DNA from: Tubiluchus corallicola | Lineage: Eukaryota > Animalia > Priapulida | NCBI GenBank assembly: GCA_030141605.1 | Contig: JAQGDQ010000002.1 | Location: 744,001 to 808,000, forward strand | DNA: 64,000 bases | Direction of reading: 5' to 3' | Part shown: positions 1 through 13,249 of the stretch, one piece after another | Position numbering within the stretch: position 1 is the first letter of the stretch | How the letters are laid out: the number at the start of each line of letters is the position of its first letter | Position numbers and translations under genes: made by a program | The notes under the pieces: model-generated | The model's input: only the letters and a program-made list of their open reading frames with translations | What the model was told of the DNA's origin: nothing | The model's database searches: none

Positions 1-184
1 TTATTTACCACTAAAATGCTGATGTGGCCAAAGTAAACACAGCAGTCACAGCCTGAGTAAATTGTCATTGAGACAAATTTCATTCTTAGCCTGAAATTAT
101 TTCTTAACTTCTTGAATTTTTAATAAATAAGGTCACTGCTATAACAATGAGATCAGCAGTTTTTAAATAATAAAATATAATAAC

Positions 185-2311
185 CAGCTTCAACAACATG
201 CTCCATGGTAGGGAATCGTTTCTTCACTCTCATGCTGATAGACTGGAACACGAGTAAAGATGTGAGATTGGCATAGCGGATCATGGTGCGCCTTATCATG
301 ATGGACTGCTCATCACTTCCCAGAACATATGCAGTTATGTACATTGCCAATCTACAAAAAACACAAAACCGTACAGGCTGCCTTACAAACAAAGAAAATG
401 GAGCACTAACTATAGAATGTATAGGCTTCAAGACCTAGTATGAAATTATTACATGTAGTGATACATCATATTAGGACATAACAAAAACATGAATGTCTCA
501 CAGTTAGAAAGCTATTTACGCAACAAAATAATTAGTGCTCAGAATCACAAAGTCACAATTTAGCACATTTGCATAAATGAGTCAGTAGATGAGTAGATTA
601 ATTTTAATGTTTACTTAAAAATAATTTAATCAATCAGAAAAGTGCATTTAACTGTATGCACTTAGAATTAGCTAGGTGTAACAGATGACCTGTGATCTAA
701 GCGAAGCAGTTTAGACTACCTAGAGGAAAGACTAGAGATATCAGACGAAGAAAACTAACTAAGTTATGTATTTAGATTTTTTATGCAAATAGCCCCCAAC
801 AAGGCCACTAACCATTCAAGATACAGCGAATAAGATTTTCTGGATGTCTGGGTGAGAATAAATTAAGGTGGAAAATGAACTACTGTAGCCGAACATAACA
901 GCTAACTAAACTATCTTTAAAGACAAGGTACAAAATAGTGACTAAACTATGAATAATTACAACAAACTACTTGGGTAAACTATTTCGAAGGATACATATT
1001 ATGTGAATAACTCACACAGACTGGCAGCTAAAATTAAAAAGTGATCAATTGCTTTTGAAAATGTCACACAGGTTGACTTAATAATATAGCGTGGGGCATA
1101 TTTTCAAAATATTAATTTGCAGTCGTATATACAAACCTGTCTGGCCACGGGATGTTCACGTACTGTTGCCACCAGCGAGTAACAACTATTGACACATAAA
1201 AACCAAGGACAAATGAGAGAGGAATGAGATCAGTGAAGTTTTCACAATACATCGATATGTTTTCAAACATCCTGAAATAATTCATAAAAAATGTTCAGTC
1301 CTTTTTACTGTTTAAAGCAAATCAGCATTAGATCTGGCTCGAAAATTTTATAACATTTTCAGGAAAATGAAAGCACAGTTGATACTATACATTTTCTGAT
1401 TACAACTTACATAACAATTAATAAAATTCATTGAATACATTACAGCTGGCAGATGTTTTATTGTTTAGAACTCTTATATGCATTTTGGTCGTTGAGCCAT
1501 ATACTATGTAAAAACCTTGAACTTGAACATATTAACACTACAAGTTTTTCAATGCCAGATCAGTACAGTACAATCACTTGACTGGAACTTTTTGTTTGAT
1601 AATGCTTTTGACCCTTACTTATGAAAAGCAAAAAAGTAAAACAAAGATAACACACCAAGGGCAGTCAAATCTGTTGTACTAGTCGTTTCCGTAGCAGAAG
1701 CAAAGGTGCTTTTTTATTTATGTACAAGTGACTACATCGTAATTTTACATAAAAAAATCAATTGAAAAAGCATAATATTGCTTAACTGTTAAAAAGCTAA
1801 AAAAATTATCTGAGTATGAATTGAGGAAACAATTTACTTGCGCTACAAACATGGATAGTCCTCATAGCTGTACCAGTCAAAAAAGCCATTAATGACAAGT
1901 TGTATTTTAAGCTTAAAAGAAATCTAGAGTTCAGTAGAACGTACAATTTTCATTCACACTACAAGCAAATACAGCACATAGTAACTTTGCTGAGCCAGGT
2001 AAAGCAGGAAAAAATAATGACTGAAGAAAGAAAGCATTGTTTTATATTTAGTAATAATAACCAATTAGGTCTATTAAGCTTTTGTGATGCTAAGTTAACC
2101 ACTGACAGGTCAACTGTAGCAGCAGCACTTACTCTTTAGAGTGGCCATTGAGAGCCAATCTGTATAGAAAACTGAGTGCAGCATAACAAGCAGCATAGAA
2201 CAACATCTCCTTGTATAAGAGCTGGTAGATACTTCCCTTCCAGTAAAGAAGCAGTCGAGAAAACCCTCCAAAACGGACGTTGGCTACCTTCAATGTGTAC
2301 GTTACGGTCAT
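185..2311 (-). CDS. Bestrophin (Ca2+-activated anion channel), first three coding exons; gene continues off the left edge
   Basis: Exons 2311-2133, 1271-1137 and 351-185 join in phase at GT-AG sites. Product: [29 protein letters not shown]...[31 protein letters not shown]...[10 protein letters not shown]...[20 protein letters not shown], which has the bestrophin [16 protein letters not shown] and RFP signatures. Paralog identity is not assignable. Confidence 0.96.
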
Positions 2312-4700
2312 GGTGTCACTGCTTTTATATTATGTTGTACAAATAGAATTTCAAAAAAATAAATTATCACAGATAACTTGGAAGTCCCAGGAATAATGTT
2401 ATTTGTCACAGTTTCATTTTTGCTTATCTGCAAATTAATTTATATTTCGCAGTCTTAGTTACGACAGACAGCCAGCAGTCAGAACGGCAATGATTCTTTT
2501 TCTGATACATCTTGACTTATATGATGTAGCAAACGTTCAACATTCTGGAGCTAGTTAATTTTCAAGCCAACCAATTCTGAAAAAAAATTATAAACTATAA
2601 GCCTACTGCATTAATTGTCATCGTTGTTCATCACTACAAACTATGGTGACGGATGGTGGCAGTCTGTGTTGTTAATGTTTGTGATCATCATCATATCATT
2701 ATAATCAATCAGATCAATTATTGATAATAATAATACTAATATTAATAATCCATAATGATACTTGAATTTTACAAACAATACACTGCATCTCATCACTTGC
2801 CACAATGTAATAAAATTACTGATAAATGCTAAGATTAAGATTACTTAAGATATAAACATAAAATGGCAGTAAAAATCAGTACACACAAAAAGCAAAAATT
2901 TCAAAAACAGTATTCATATTAGCTGCACACTCAACATTCAGGTGACATTATAATAAATATAACATGCTTGAAAAATGCAACTCCATATGAAATACGGCGG
3001 AAGCACCTAGCGTTGCTCTTAGGTGCAGCATGATTCAATAAGCGACCGCTCATCTTAGCGGATGCACTCTATTACCCACCAACGTGCAATATTTACATTG
3101 CCCAGCTGATCTGCCTAGCAACAGGCTGCATCTCACTCGAAAACGACCTATGCCTAGAAACAGCAGTTGCTGCAGCTGCGCGCTGCAATGGGTCAATAAA
3201 GCAGGAGTTTATTCAACCTTTCTGCTGTCAGGCAATTATAAAAACATTTAGTTATGGGATACCACAAGAAAAAATAATCATAAAGATCAGTAAAATTTTG
3301 AAGAGTAAAGAAAGAAGGCACAGGCAGTTAAAAAGTAACAAGTTGATGATGTAATAATTTCAAAATTGGCATTCAGCTTAATTGCGTCTCTGCTGTTGAC
3401 AAATTCATTCGACGTTAATTAATTAATACACCAGAAGGATGTAGTAGTACAACTGTATGTCCCAGATTCATTCAAATAAATCATTTTTGCATCCTATGCC
3501 AATCATATTACTCAATTACCCCCATTGTGTCACATAGTAAATAAAATTCTGCCCCTGACTTAATTATATTAAAGTTCCAAAAAAGTGCTAATTAAAAGAC
3601 AAAAAAATATCAATACATGTGGTATATGCAGTGTATGTGGACATTAAATACTTAAATGGAGAGTGGATAGTTTTCATCTTAAGTCTCTTTTTGTCAATTG
3701 GGTGCAATAAAATTATTTTCAGGATTAACTAAACAGTAACTAAATTTTTAAACAACTTGTAAATCATTGCTAAAAAGGAGAAAAGCTGCAAAAAAGTTTC
3801 ATAGAAAGCTTCATATATAGAAAACAGGCTTTAATAAAGGCGAAGTGATAATATAACACTAACACTGGTTTTCTAGGCATTCTGAATATTTGCAGCCCAA
3901 AGTCTTTCATTTTCAGCCCGACTGCGTTATTAATGCTCGAGGCAAAGCCAAGGGCGTGATGCCAAGCACTGCATTAATGTCATTATGTGTTCTTGACAGT
4001 AATTAAAATAGTAACATTACAAGATTAATTAAGTCCTAGACAAACCAGTTCAAAATAATTTGTATAGTTTGCCTGTCAATTATTGCCGTTTAGATTTGTG
4101 GATATATTTTTTTTGGGTTGTTATGAACTTTATATTTAGAGTCTAGTACTACTCTACTAATACAGTAGCGTTCGTTAGTTTCTAGCTTAACGTACATTTC
4201 TAACTGGCTTATGAAAGTGCTCTAACGATGAATCAAGTCTGCATCGAAACCTTAACATTGTGTTCGTTGCGTTATTCAGACTCAAGTTCCCCCAAAACAA
4301 ATCACACTGAAGAATCATTATTACAGTGTATATAAACGCATACGTAAATATTACACAACAATAAAAATATAATAGGAATTGTGACTTAACACCAAAGCTA
4401 TGAAGTTGAGCACAATGACCTAGAAAAGTAATTACAGATTTTTAAAGTAACAGCGTACGTCGGCCAACGTTTATTAAACTATTGATTATTGACGCACTAA
4501 TAAAATTTTAGAATTAAGTTCGTATATCATACCTATTTACTTCACGTACGGCTTACGACGTCAACTTTTCGAAAGCAAACTATAAATCTCACAACAATAA
4601 AAATGACCTGAGCTTAATGCAAACTACTAAGAACCACCGAAAAAGCCCGAAAGCTCACAACAGCTGATCGACCGATTCAATCGTTGATGTAATAGTGAAA
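2312..4700 (-). other. Probable bestrophin 5'UTR with intron (acceptor at 2577, candidate donor at 4532)
   Basis: On the minus strand TTTTTTTTCAG| ends at 2577 and AG|GTATGA lies at 4532. The upstream boundary is a guess. Confidence 0.45.
3864..4049. mobile_element. Small MITE-like element
   Basis: Left end ACTGGTTTTCTAGG and right end CCTAGACAAACCAGT are imperfect inverted repeats. Internal GAGGCAAAGCCAAGGG is a motif common in invertebrate DNA-element relics. No clear TSD. Confidence 0.4.
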
Positions 4701-5060
4701 ACTGGTTCAAACTGGCTGCGGCTGCCCGAGTAGTGCTTGACATCTGGTATGCACTAAAACCGATCCCACGAGTTTCGTTTTGCGATTCACAGTGACGTCA
4801 TGGGTTGCACACGTACGACGTTCAAAATCAGAACTATAGAATGAAGCCGCAATGAAATAAAATAACGACGAAAATTTTAAGCAAAAAACGTTTCAGCTTA
4901 GATTAATTTTGTTTGTAAACAAAATTAGTTTTGTCATTGTAATTTTAATTTTTGGGGAAACACAAAGAGGGTAAAAATAAAATAAACGCGAATTAAAGTG
5001 ATTGCGCCGTTACGAAAATTTCCAGCAAGCAAAGGGAAAGTGCTGTTGCTCGGAAATTCG
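4600..5060. promoter_or_regulatory. Shared head-to-head upstream region of bestrophin and CDC37
   Basis: Locally CpG-rich stretch between divergent genes, with a perfect CRE palindrome TGACGTCA at 4793-4800. Confidence 0.5.
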
Positions 5061-6004
5061 TGTTGGGAGCCGTTTGGACCACTGCGCCAAGTAGACCAAT
5101 TGGTCTACATGGGCTAGCCCAAGTAGACCGCGGTCTACTTGGGCTGCCCAAGTAGGACACTAGAGACAGGTCGTGAATTCAGTCGTTAAGTGTACTGACA
5201 CCGTCCGTTGTGCTTGTTTATGTAATAATAATAATTAAAAACGTTAATACACGTTGAATAACTTATTATACATCTAATAAAATAAAAGAATTTTATTCTG
5301 AGCTGGTAGAACGGACCATATTAAATTTGGTTTCGATATTAATGTTGTTGAAGTGAAAAAACCCCACTTTTTTGCGAATTCAACATTTGTTTAAGGTATA
5401 TCATTTTTGATTTTGTCTCACTTCACAAACAGGTGATCCGTTTCACTACCTCTTGGGCAAATAATTGTTTTCTTATACGTAAACGTTCTAGCGATCTATG
5501 TGTCCTACATGGGCTAGCGAGCCATGTAGGACAGTGCCCTACATGTTACAATACTACTGATAATATTAAAATTAATTATCCTTGCTTTTCTTAAATGTTA
5601 AAAATTACTTTTTGGTGTTGTGAAGGCTTAGCAGCATCTGTCTCATTTTTAAATTTGCAATTATTTCTGTAATAACTGTGTGCAGAATTTCTCTCTTTAA
5701 AGCATTAGATACTAGGTTTAAAGTTATGATATATTAATGGAGTTAATCATAATGATGAAATTATTGTAAGAAATGCATTTGCAAATTGCCAAGGAATATC
5801 CATTTCTAAAAGAAATTTTGTTTTATGCTTTATTATGTCATAACAATACTTATAAACAATGGTAATATAAACTGGAAACAAGTTTTGCCAGAGCAAGTTT
5901 CTCGACAAAAATCGCTAGTGTCCTACTTGGGCTGCCCATGTAGGACACTACTTTTAGCGCATCAAGTGGTCTACTTGGCGCAGTGGTCCAAACGGCTCCC
6001 AACA
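5061..6004. mobile_element. 944-bp non-autonomous DNA transposon (MITE) with TGT..ACA ends and 5-bp TSD, Ginger2/TDD-like
   Basis: Perfect 38-bp TIR TGTTGGGAGCCGTTTGGACCACTGCGCCAAGTAGACCA at 5061-5098 and 5967-6004. Direct repeat ATTCG at 5056-5060 and 6005-6009. Internal palindromic subrepeats; no transposase ORF. Superfamily inferred from the ends only. Confidence 0.92.
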
Positions 6005-6119
6005 ATTCGGAATATTCGTACATTCATCGTTGGTTACAGTCAGTGTTTATCTGTGTGCGTACTCCAGTTTAATGTGCAAAATTTGACTTTCATTATAATT
6101 TAATTATCATTCAGAAATA

Positions 6120-9100
6120 ATGTCAGCTATTAATTACAGCAAGTGGGATCACATTGAGGTAAGAACTAAGATGCTTATTCTTTGACACCACTGGTCAATT
6201 GGCAAAGGGGAATCTTGTAAAACTTTTGCGGAACGGCCACGAAATGTTTAGATATTTAATTGAGCACTGTACTCAGTGATAATTTAGTTTGTATTTTGTG
6301 TTTATTTTGTTATTAGTATAATAAGTAGATTTGTGACTGCCTTGTGTTTCAACAAAAGTAAAAATTCTACCCGGTGCAGACTATTACCATCTTAACAACA
6401 CAACCTTTGGCTTTAAGCTAATGATACATCTTTGTTCGCAACTTGCAACGTGCTGCTCGAGGTGACATGAGCTATGTAATTTAGCATTTTATTTTCTTGT
6501 TTCGTCCCTTGGTAGTTCTCTGATAGTTCTTTGAGTTTCCAGCTTTTTAACCTTGGGTTATTTTTAAACATTTCTGAAAATTGTCATATCACTGCGTGTT
6601 TGCTCTTTTATCGTCTACAGTGCCTAGAATAACTACTTTTTAATTTAATGGTAAAGTGGAAGCTGAAATGCAAATTTGAAGCAAATAGAAATGATGTAAG
6701 CTTTATTGTCACCTCATACAACACTTATAATTGATTAAAAAATCAGTTATACATGATTTGGAAGTATTAATCTCAAACAACCTGAAGTGGAACTCGCATA
6801 TTATTATCTCTCAGACTCTCAGGCCAATAGATGCATCGGAATGATAAAACGCTGAATTTCATCACGTACTGCAAAAGTTATTATACTGCTTTATAAATTT
6901 GTAGTTAGACCAATACTTGCATATGGGTGTGTTGTTTGGTCACCATAATATGTTACTCTCAAAATGCTTTAGAAAAAACTCAGTAGAGGTGTATTAATTT
7001 GGCTTCTTACATTCACCCTGATTCTGTATCTTCTCTTGAACAACGCTGTGATCATGAAGTCTTTAGTAATAGTTTTATTTTGTATAGCTACAATTTCTTT
7101 TCTAGACTATGTGATTTATTTATGTGGACACAATTTTAAATTATTTGTACAGTACTCTCACACTAATATCAGAGCCCATTTCTTCTCTTCTCATGTTGTG
7201 GACCCTTGTAATTCTCTTAATAGTAAAACAGTTGATGCACCAAATCTGCCTCAATTTCGCAAATTGTTGAGGAGAGACCGTCAATAACCGTGTCATGGTT
7301 AGATCTCTTAGACTTCGCAAGCAAGCAAGAATGTGTCCTGTAGGGCAGGAAATATTTATTGTATGGCAGAGTTTGTTTAATCCTATTTGATACTATGAAT
7401 GATAGAAGACAGAAGAATAGATTACTTCTTAAACGAAGGAAGAGAGGAAAGTGGAATAGGGTAACGGTAATAAAATTGACTAAAGTATTCTTATAATTGC
7501 ATATTTCATCTTTTTCTGTAGTGATTTGTTCATGTAAGGACTGAGTGCCAGATAAGTTGTTAGGGAGGACATAGAGAAATATTATGAAATATCTTAAGTT
7601 TGTTACTTCACATGCATGGCAGAATTTCATATTGCATCCAAATGGGGAAACCAGCTTTTGTGTGGTTTTGTCATCAGCTAACTATCTAAAATTATTCAAT
7701 AACCACACACACATGGTAGTACACGCATACACATACACATACACACATACATATATATATATATATATACATGTTGGCTGTCTAACATATAGTAATTTCT
7801 CTGGTATGTAGGTGTGTAAGATGAGGCTACAGCACCAACAATAGCAACAACAATGTTTCAATCTACTGCCATCTCGTCGATGGTTTATTTTTTCGAAATG
7901 GGGTGACAGGGAGGAACGGGATGAAAAACCTCCAAAAGTGGCCATTTTTTGCTCATTTTTCCCAAAACTTATATCTCGTGTCTCTAGCGAACAAGCAGGG
8001 GAATGCCATCATTAATAGTTGGATAGCCTATTCAACGGTGGATGTAGTAGTGCTATTTAGAATTTACGGGAGGGCCAAGGCTTCCTGCAGTTAGCATTTT
8101 CCTGAAACCAACCTCCAGGTTTTTTGCATATTTTTGTTGAAAACCATGTAGAAAAAATGCTCTACCGGTGCCTGGTAAGGGTTCTTGGAGGGAATTTAAA
8201 ATTGTTTGGAAAAGAGGTTACCATTGACAGTGGCATCAGCAGTGAAGTGGAGGTGGGTATGGAGTGGCATGGTGGGTGTGTGGTGTGGGTAGTACGGTAT
8301 GGGTCGTATGGTGTGGGTGATGTGGTGAGTGTGGCAAAGTATGGATGGTGTGGTGTGTGGGTTGTTATTCCAGGTTTATCCACAAAATTCTTTTAATTAT
8401 TAAACTAAACATAATAATTGTTATAAGACATTAACTACATTATTATAGGTATCAGATGACGAAGATGAAACGCATCCCAACATTGATACACCTAGTTTGT
8501 TTCGATGGCGTCATCAGGCAAGAATTGAAAGAATGGAGGAGGCAAAAAAGGAAAAAGAAACCTTAAAGAAGAGTGTATCTGAGTAAGTTTTTCATTCACA
8601 TTAATTTTCACTTGGACAGATTCTGCTGGTTTTTATATTTACATTTATGTAGTATTTTTAATTTGTACTTTCTGGACAGTTGTAGTCTATGAGTCGAATC
8701 AATTGCCCCTATATATTGTAAAAAGTGTAGTGCCAGGGTGGCCAAAATGTAAACCTTTGTTGCTATTCAATCTGCAAAGTGAGTTTTACACATTAGTTCT
8801 ACAACATCTGGTATAAAGTTTTAAAGTTCATTTTATGTTTTTGTCATTAGGCATCAATCGAAAAAAGAAGAAATGAAAAGAAAAATAGCAGAAGCTGAAG
8901 AGGTAAGAGAGATTATGTAACTACTAGACCGACCCTATCCGTGGAAACAAAAACAGACTTTGTCGTGATGCATAGTTTGGTTCTAGCTAAAGTATTCTCA
9001 ATGCTGATATAGAACAGAATAACAATCTCAAAAATAACTATTACTGCTGGTCTCCCCATTTTTATTGGGCAAATAGTTATCAGTAAATATTACTGCAAAT

Positions 9101-12100
9101 TTTGTTAGTATCTCAAAATGCAACATTAATGCTGCCACAAATCATTTAGCACAATTGCAAGTCCGTGAAAGACAACTCATTTAACAACTCGGTTAATGTT
9201 GTGTTTTGTTGAAATTGCATTAATCAGCATTTTTAAGCAAGGGGTTACTGTGCTGTTTTCTAAAACTAACTAGCAAAGTTTTAGCTTCTTCTATTGATCC
9301 ACTTTAAACAAGCAAGTGTGTTCGTAAATGATATTGAAGAAGAATTAAAAGAAGTTGGGCACGCCTACTATAACTAGCGCATATTATAGTAAAAAGTTAT
9401 AAAAAACTCGAAATAATATCTGATTATTGTATGTATTGTTAGGCCAATTCCCAACAGGATGCACTAAAATACAAAACTCAGTTGGCAGAGCTAGAAAAAC
9501 AAGATACGGAGTGGAAGAAAAAAGAGGAAGAATTGGAAAAGAAGGAAAAAGTAAGATTTAATACATATTCTGGTATCGTCTAACGTAAAATAATAATTCA
9601 ACTAACAGTTATTATTATCATTAACGAAGAAATGATATATATTAGTAGACAGTAAATCTGCTAAACCATTTTGTCTTTAATGTGACTTGTGATCGAATTA
9701 AACTCACTACATCCAGTGAAAGTAAGCGTGCCGCCTACAAATTATTGTACTATAAGCATGGCCTGTAATACATATGTACATAAATTCAATTGTATTCAGT
9801 TTCATTTTTAGCTGACACCATGGAATGTGGACACTCTGAGTCACGATGCTTGGACAAAGACCATCATTAACAGGCCTGCGCCAAAACTGTCATCTGAACA
9901 ACTCACTGAAGAAGAACAAGCAGAACGTCATGTAATCTTTTTTCTGATTATTTTTTTCGTGCTGATTAATTTGCATCATTGACAATAATGTCATGATGCT
10001 TTTTATTTAATTAAAGAATTATAAAAAAATTTGACGCTCAAGCAAACTTTCTTCCCCCTCCCCTCTCTCTCTGTCTCTCTCTCTCTCTTTCTCTCTCTCT
10101 CCCTCTCCCTCCCTCCCTCTCTCTCTCTCTCTCTCTCCTCTCCCTCTCTCTCTGTTCTTTTCTTTTCTTTCTCACTTGCTCAATTGCTGTCTACCTAGTT
10201 TGCAGTTCAACCATAATCAACAGATGGTAACTTTTTTATTTTCACAGAAAGAATTTGTCAGTAAGTACGAGACGCAGGTTAAGAAATTTGGAATGATGCA
10301 GAAATGGGATGATAGCAAAGCTTATTTAAATGAGAACAAGCACCTTGTTTGTGAATACACAGCTAATTACCTCGTTATCTGGTGTGTTGATCTGCAAGTG
10401 GAGGAGGTAAATCAATATATTATAATAAATATCTTGTGTAATGAGTATAATGAATAGGGTGTCTCAGTATGTATTTCACAAAACAGCCACACTCATCACT
10501 GCCTACTTAGTGCATCTATTCAGTGCCACAAGTTTATTAGCTGTAAGCATTAAACAGAAAGTGTCTAACGAAAATATTGTTAAAAAATGAAAATTAATTC
10601 CATTTTCTATACAGGTAATCATAGACTTGCGAGCACAATCAAGATACAGAGCACAAATACATTATTTACACGTTCTCATTTTAGTTTGTGTGCAACTGCA
10701 CCTGAATACACTTCCAGAAGTTCTTGTATTGATGTGCGTGTGTGTGTGTGGGGGGGGGCAGTCGTTATCAAACATTTTAGCTTATTATTAGGCCTTTACA
10801 TTATTACAGATGTATCATTAAAAAAGCACTTTTAGGCCATTGTAATTAAAGCACTAGATATACAAAAAACAATATCAGCAGCAATAACAAGAACTCTCGT
10901 TCTTATCTTAAACTACAGCTGAAAACAGTCTACCCTATAAAATTTTGAAAGGGTACATGCTATTTTTTCAAGAATAACTTATGTGAAAGAATTATTACTG
11001 TAGAACGTAATATCGCCTTCTCGTGACTAGTTCTTGGTTATTAGATTGGCACTAGTGCCTGCATCTTGGAAATGCGTTGCACAAGAAATAGGTGCTGTAT
11101 CTCTTTTGTTCAGAGGCATTCGTTTGTGACGTAGTGCACATGTTCGGGAACTCATGCTTCAGCACAGCAGTAAACTTGAAATTTAAACTTAAACTTTGCA
11201 GAATTTTTGTGTACCATACTGAACTTCAGTATAGTGTTTGGGGTCGCCCACCATTAACTAATGTTTTTACGCTGTTACCATACTTCAAAATGGAATTGAA
11301 ATTAAAAATTATCCTATATTCCTTTAAATTAGTATACATAAGCTTCCCCGTTGAGGCGTACTTCAGATGGAACCAACTTATATGATGTAAAGGTAGCAAA
11401 AGGGTTAAGATTTACCTCCTCAATGTAATAGCCCTATTAACTTTTATCATTTTGTTGCCAGAATTCAATAAAAATTGTAGCACATTATGTAATGTAAAAG
11501 TTTAATTTAACGGAAGAGGAAAATTGTGCCTTCTCCTGTAATTCGTCTAATTGCTGTAATTCATTAAATTTAATACAATTTCATCAAGGAAATATCTGTA
11601 AAAGACAAGAAATACAAAATACTGTGATAGCTTATATTTACATAGAAAGTGGACCTGATGCATCACGTGGCACATCAGACTATAGTCATGCAGTATCTCT
11701 TGGAGCTCGCAAAGCAGTTGGATCGTGACCCAAGATCTTGTATAAATCCCTTTTTTCAAAAGTAGGTCTTTCATTTTACTATTTTTTATTTTTTAAAATA
11801 AAGTTGTGCCACTTTAATGTTGTTTTAGTATTTGGAACCTTCCGGAAAACATACAATATTGATTAAAAAACCATAGAATTGTTTTTAAGGTTGCTTGAAA
11901 AAGCTTCTAATATTACTAATAATTTTTTGCAGAATAAAAGCAGCTGACAAAACCTATATGGATGCTTTTGAAGATGAACTGAGAGCATTTAAAGAAAGAG
12001 TCAAAGACAGAGCCAATGCACGAATAGAGCGAGCAATGAAGGAATATGAGGAGGTATGTAATGTACTTATTTGCAACAGTAAAAATTGTTGTAACAGATG

Positions 12101-13249
12101 TCAGAAACACATAACAAGAAAGATTATATACTATAATGTAATTTACTCGTGGAAAAGTTTTTTCAGCACTATAAACTTTTTTATCAAGCTAGACATACAC
12201 TGCTCTGTTGACAGTTTTGAGAAGCTTCTTGATTTCGCTTAGAAATTTTTGGATGTTAATAATTGTTATTGATTTCTCCTGTAAAGATGATTATATTTAA
12301 AATGCTGCAAACTCATCCTGTTTAAATGTAATATACACCACTTGTATTTCATATAGTAGGATAATGTGCAATTAGCGGTTGTTGTTGCTTCGAGTTATAT
12401 TATATATTAATATGCACTCTCCAAGGTATTGCTTCTGTGTGTTGTAAGAACTTTGTGTCAACTTATATTTGCATATCTTTCCTACATTATTATCATTATT
12501 TTTTGGTAATTACTTATTTTTTTCACAGTTATTATTTTCTTGCTTCCTGGCCATTTTAATCTTTTTGTGTGAAGTCAATGTTGTAGCATTTTTGTTTTTA
12601 TTTTATTTTTATGACTGTGTTCTTGCTTTATGCACTAGCAACTTAACAGCTAAAAGTGTATTACTTTATAATTTTAGGAGGAACGACAAAAGAGATTAGG
12701 ACCAGGAGGATTAGATCCCATTGAAGTTTTGGAATCACTGCCGCCGGTAAGTGAAGAGTGTCACTTTAAAAGTTACAATACTTAGGTTTGTGAAAAAGTT
12801 TAGGGACATTTTTCATGGTCATTTCAAGCAGAGAATGTAATATTTGCTATGTTTCAAGGTATTAAATGTAACACTCTTTGCAAAAGCATAGTTAGTTGGT
12901 TCTTGAGCGTATTTCATGCTATAGCTCCAACCGTCTACATTTGTGGGGATTTATATATCAAACAAAAGGTCTTGCTCTGTCATTGATGGCATTATTTTTT
13001 AAATTGAGGTTACCAGGAGTAGCGGACACAAAAAGGTAATGTAAAGGTATGGCTTACTCGGAAAATAATATGTAATTGCAGGAAATGAAAGAATGCTTTG
13101 AGAAGCAAGATGTACCTATGCTTCAACAACTACTTCGAGAAATGCCAGAAAAGGATGCTCAGTGCCACATGAAACGGTGCGTTGATTCAGGTTTATGGGT
13201 TCCTGATGAGAGTGCAAAATCCTTGTTCGAAGACCCACCATCAAGTTAG
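6120..13249 (+). CDS. CDC37: Hsp90 co-chaperone Cdc37, 361 aa
   Basis: Exons 6120-6158, 8449-8582, 8851-8902, 9443-9550, 9812-9931, 10248-10406, 11646-11761, 11933-12053, 12678-12746 and 13082-13249 total 1086 nt with consistent phases. Motifs: [35 protein letters not shown] (CK2 site SDDE), [49 protein letters not shown]. Confidence 0.98.
6850..7290 (+). mobile_element. Degenerate 3' fragment of a CR1-clade LINE ORF2, in CDC37 intron 1
   Basis: Translates, with stops and frameshifts, to [20 protein letters not shown]...ALEKTQ* and [31 protein letters not shown]. These match the CR1 C-terminal consensus LYKSLVRPxLEY..VWSP / GH.LKL....R..FFS.RVV..WNSL. Confidence 0.8.
7704..7771. repeat. (CA)n/(TA)n compound microsatellite
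   Basis: Directly visible. Confidence 0.85.
10053..10172. repeat. (CT)n / polypyrimidine tract upstream of the CDC37 exon at 10248
   Basis: Directly visible. Confidence 0.9.

Noticed and set aside
5099-5165. CRISPR-like palindromic repeats
   Set aside because: No unique spacers, eukaryotic context, and explained as subterminal repeats of the MITE.
5040-6030. Heat-shock element in the reconstructed empty site upstream of CDC37 (GAA/TTC units)
   Set aside because: Only one correctly spaced GAAnnTTC pair; the others are off by one base.
8124-8396. G/V-rich and H/T/P-rich overlapping ORFs
   Set aside because: Compositional artefact of a GT-skewed intronic repeat; no domain recognised.
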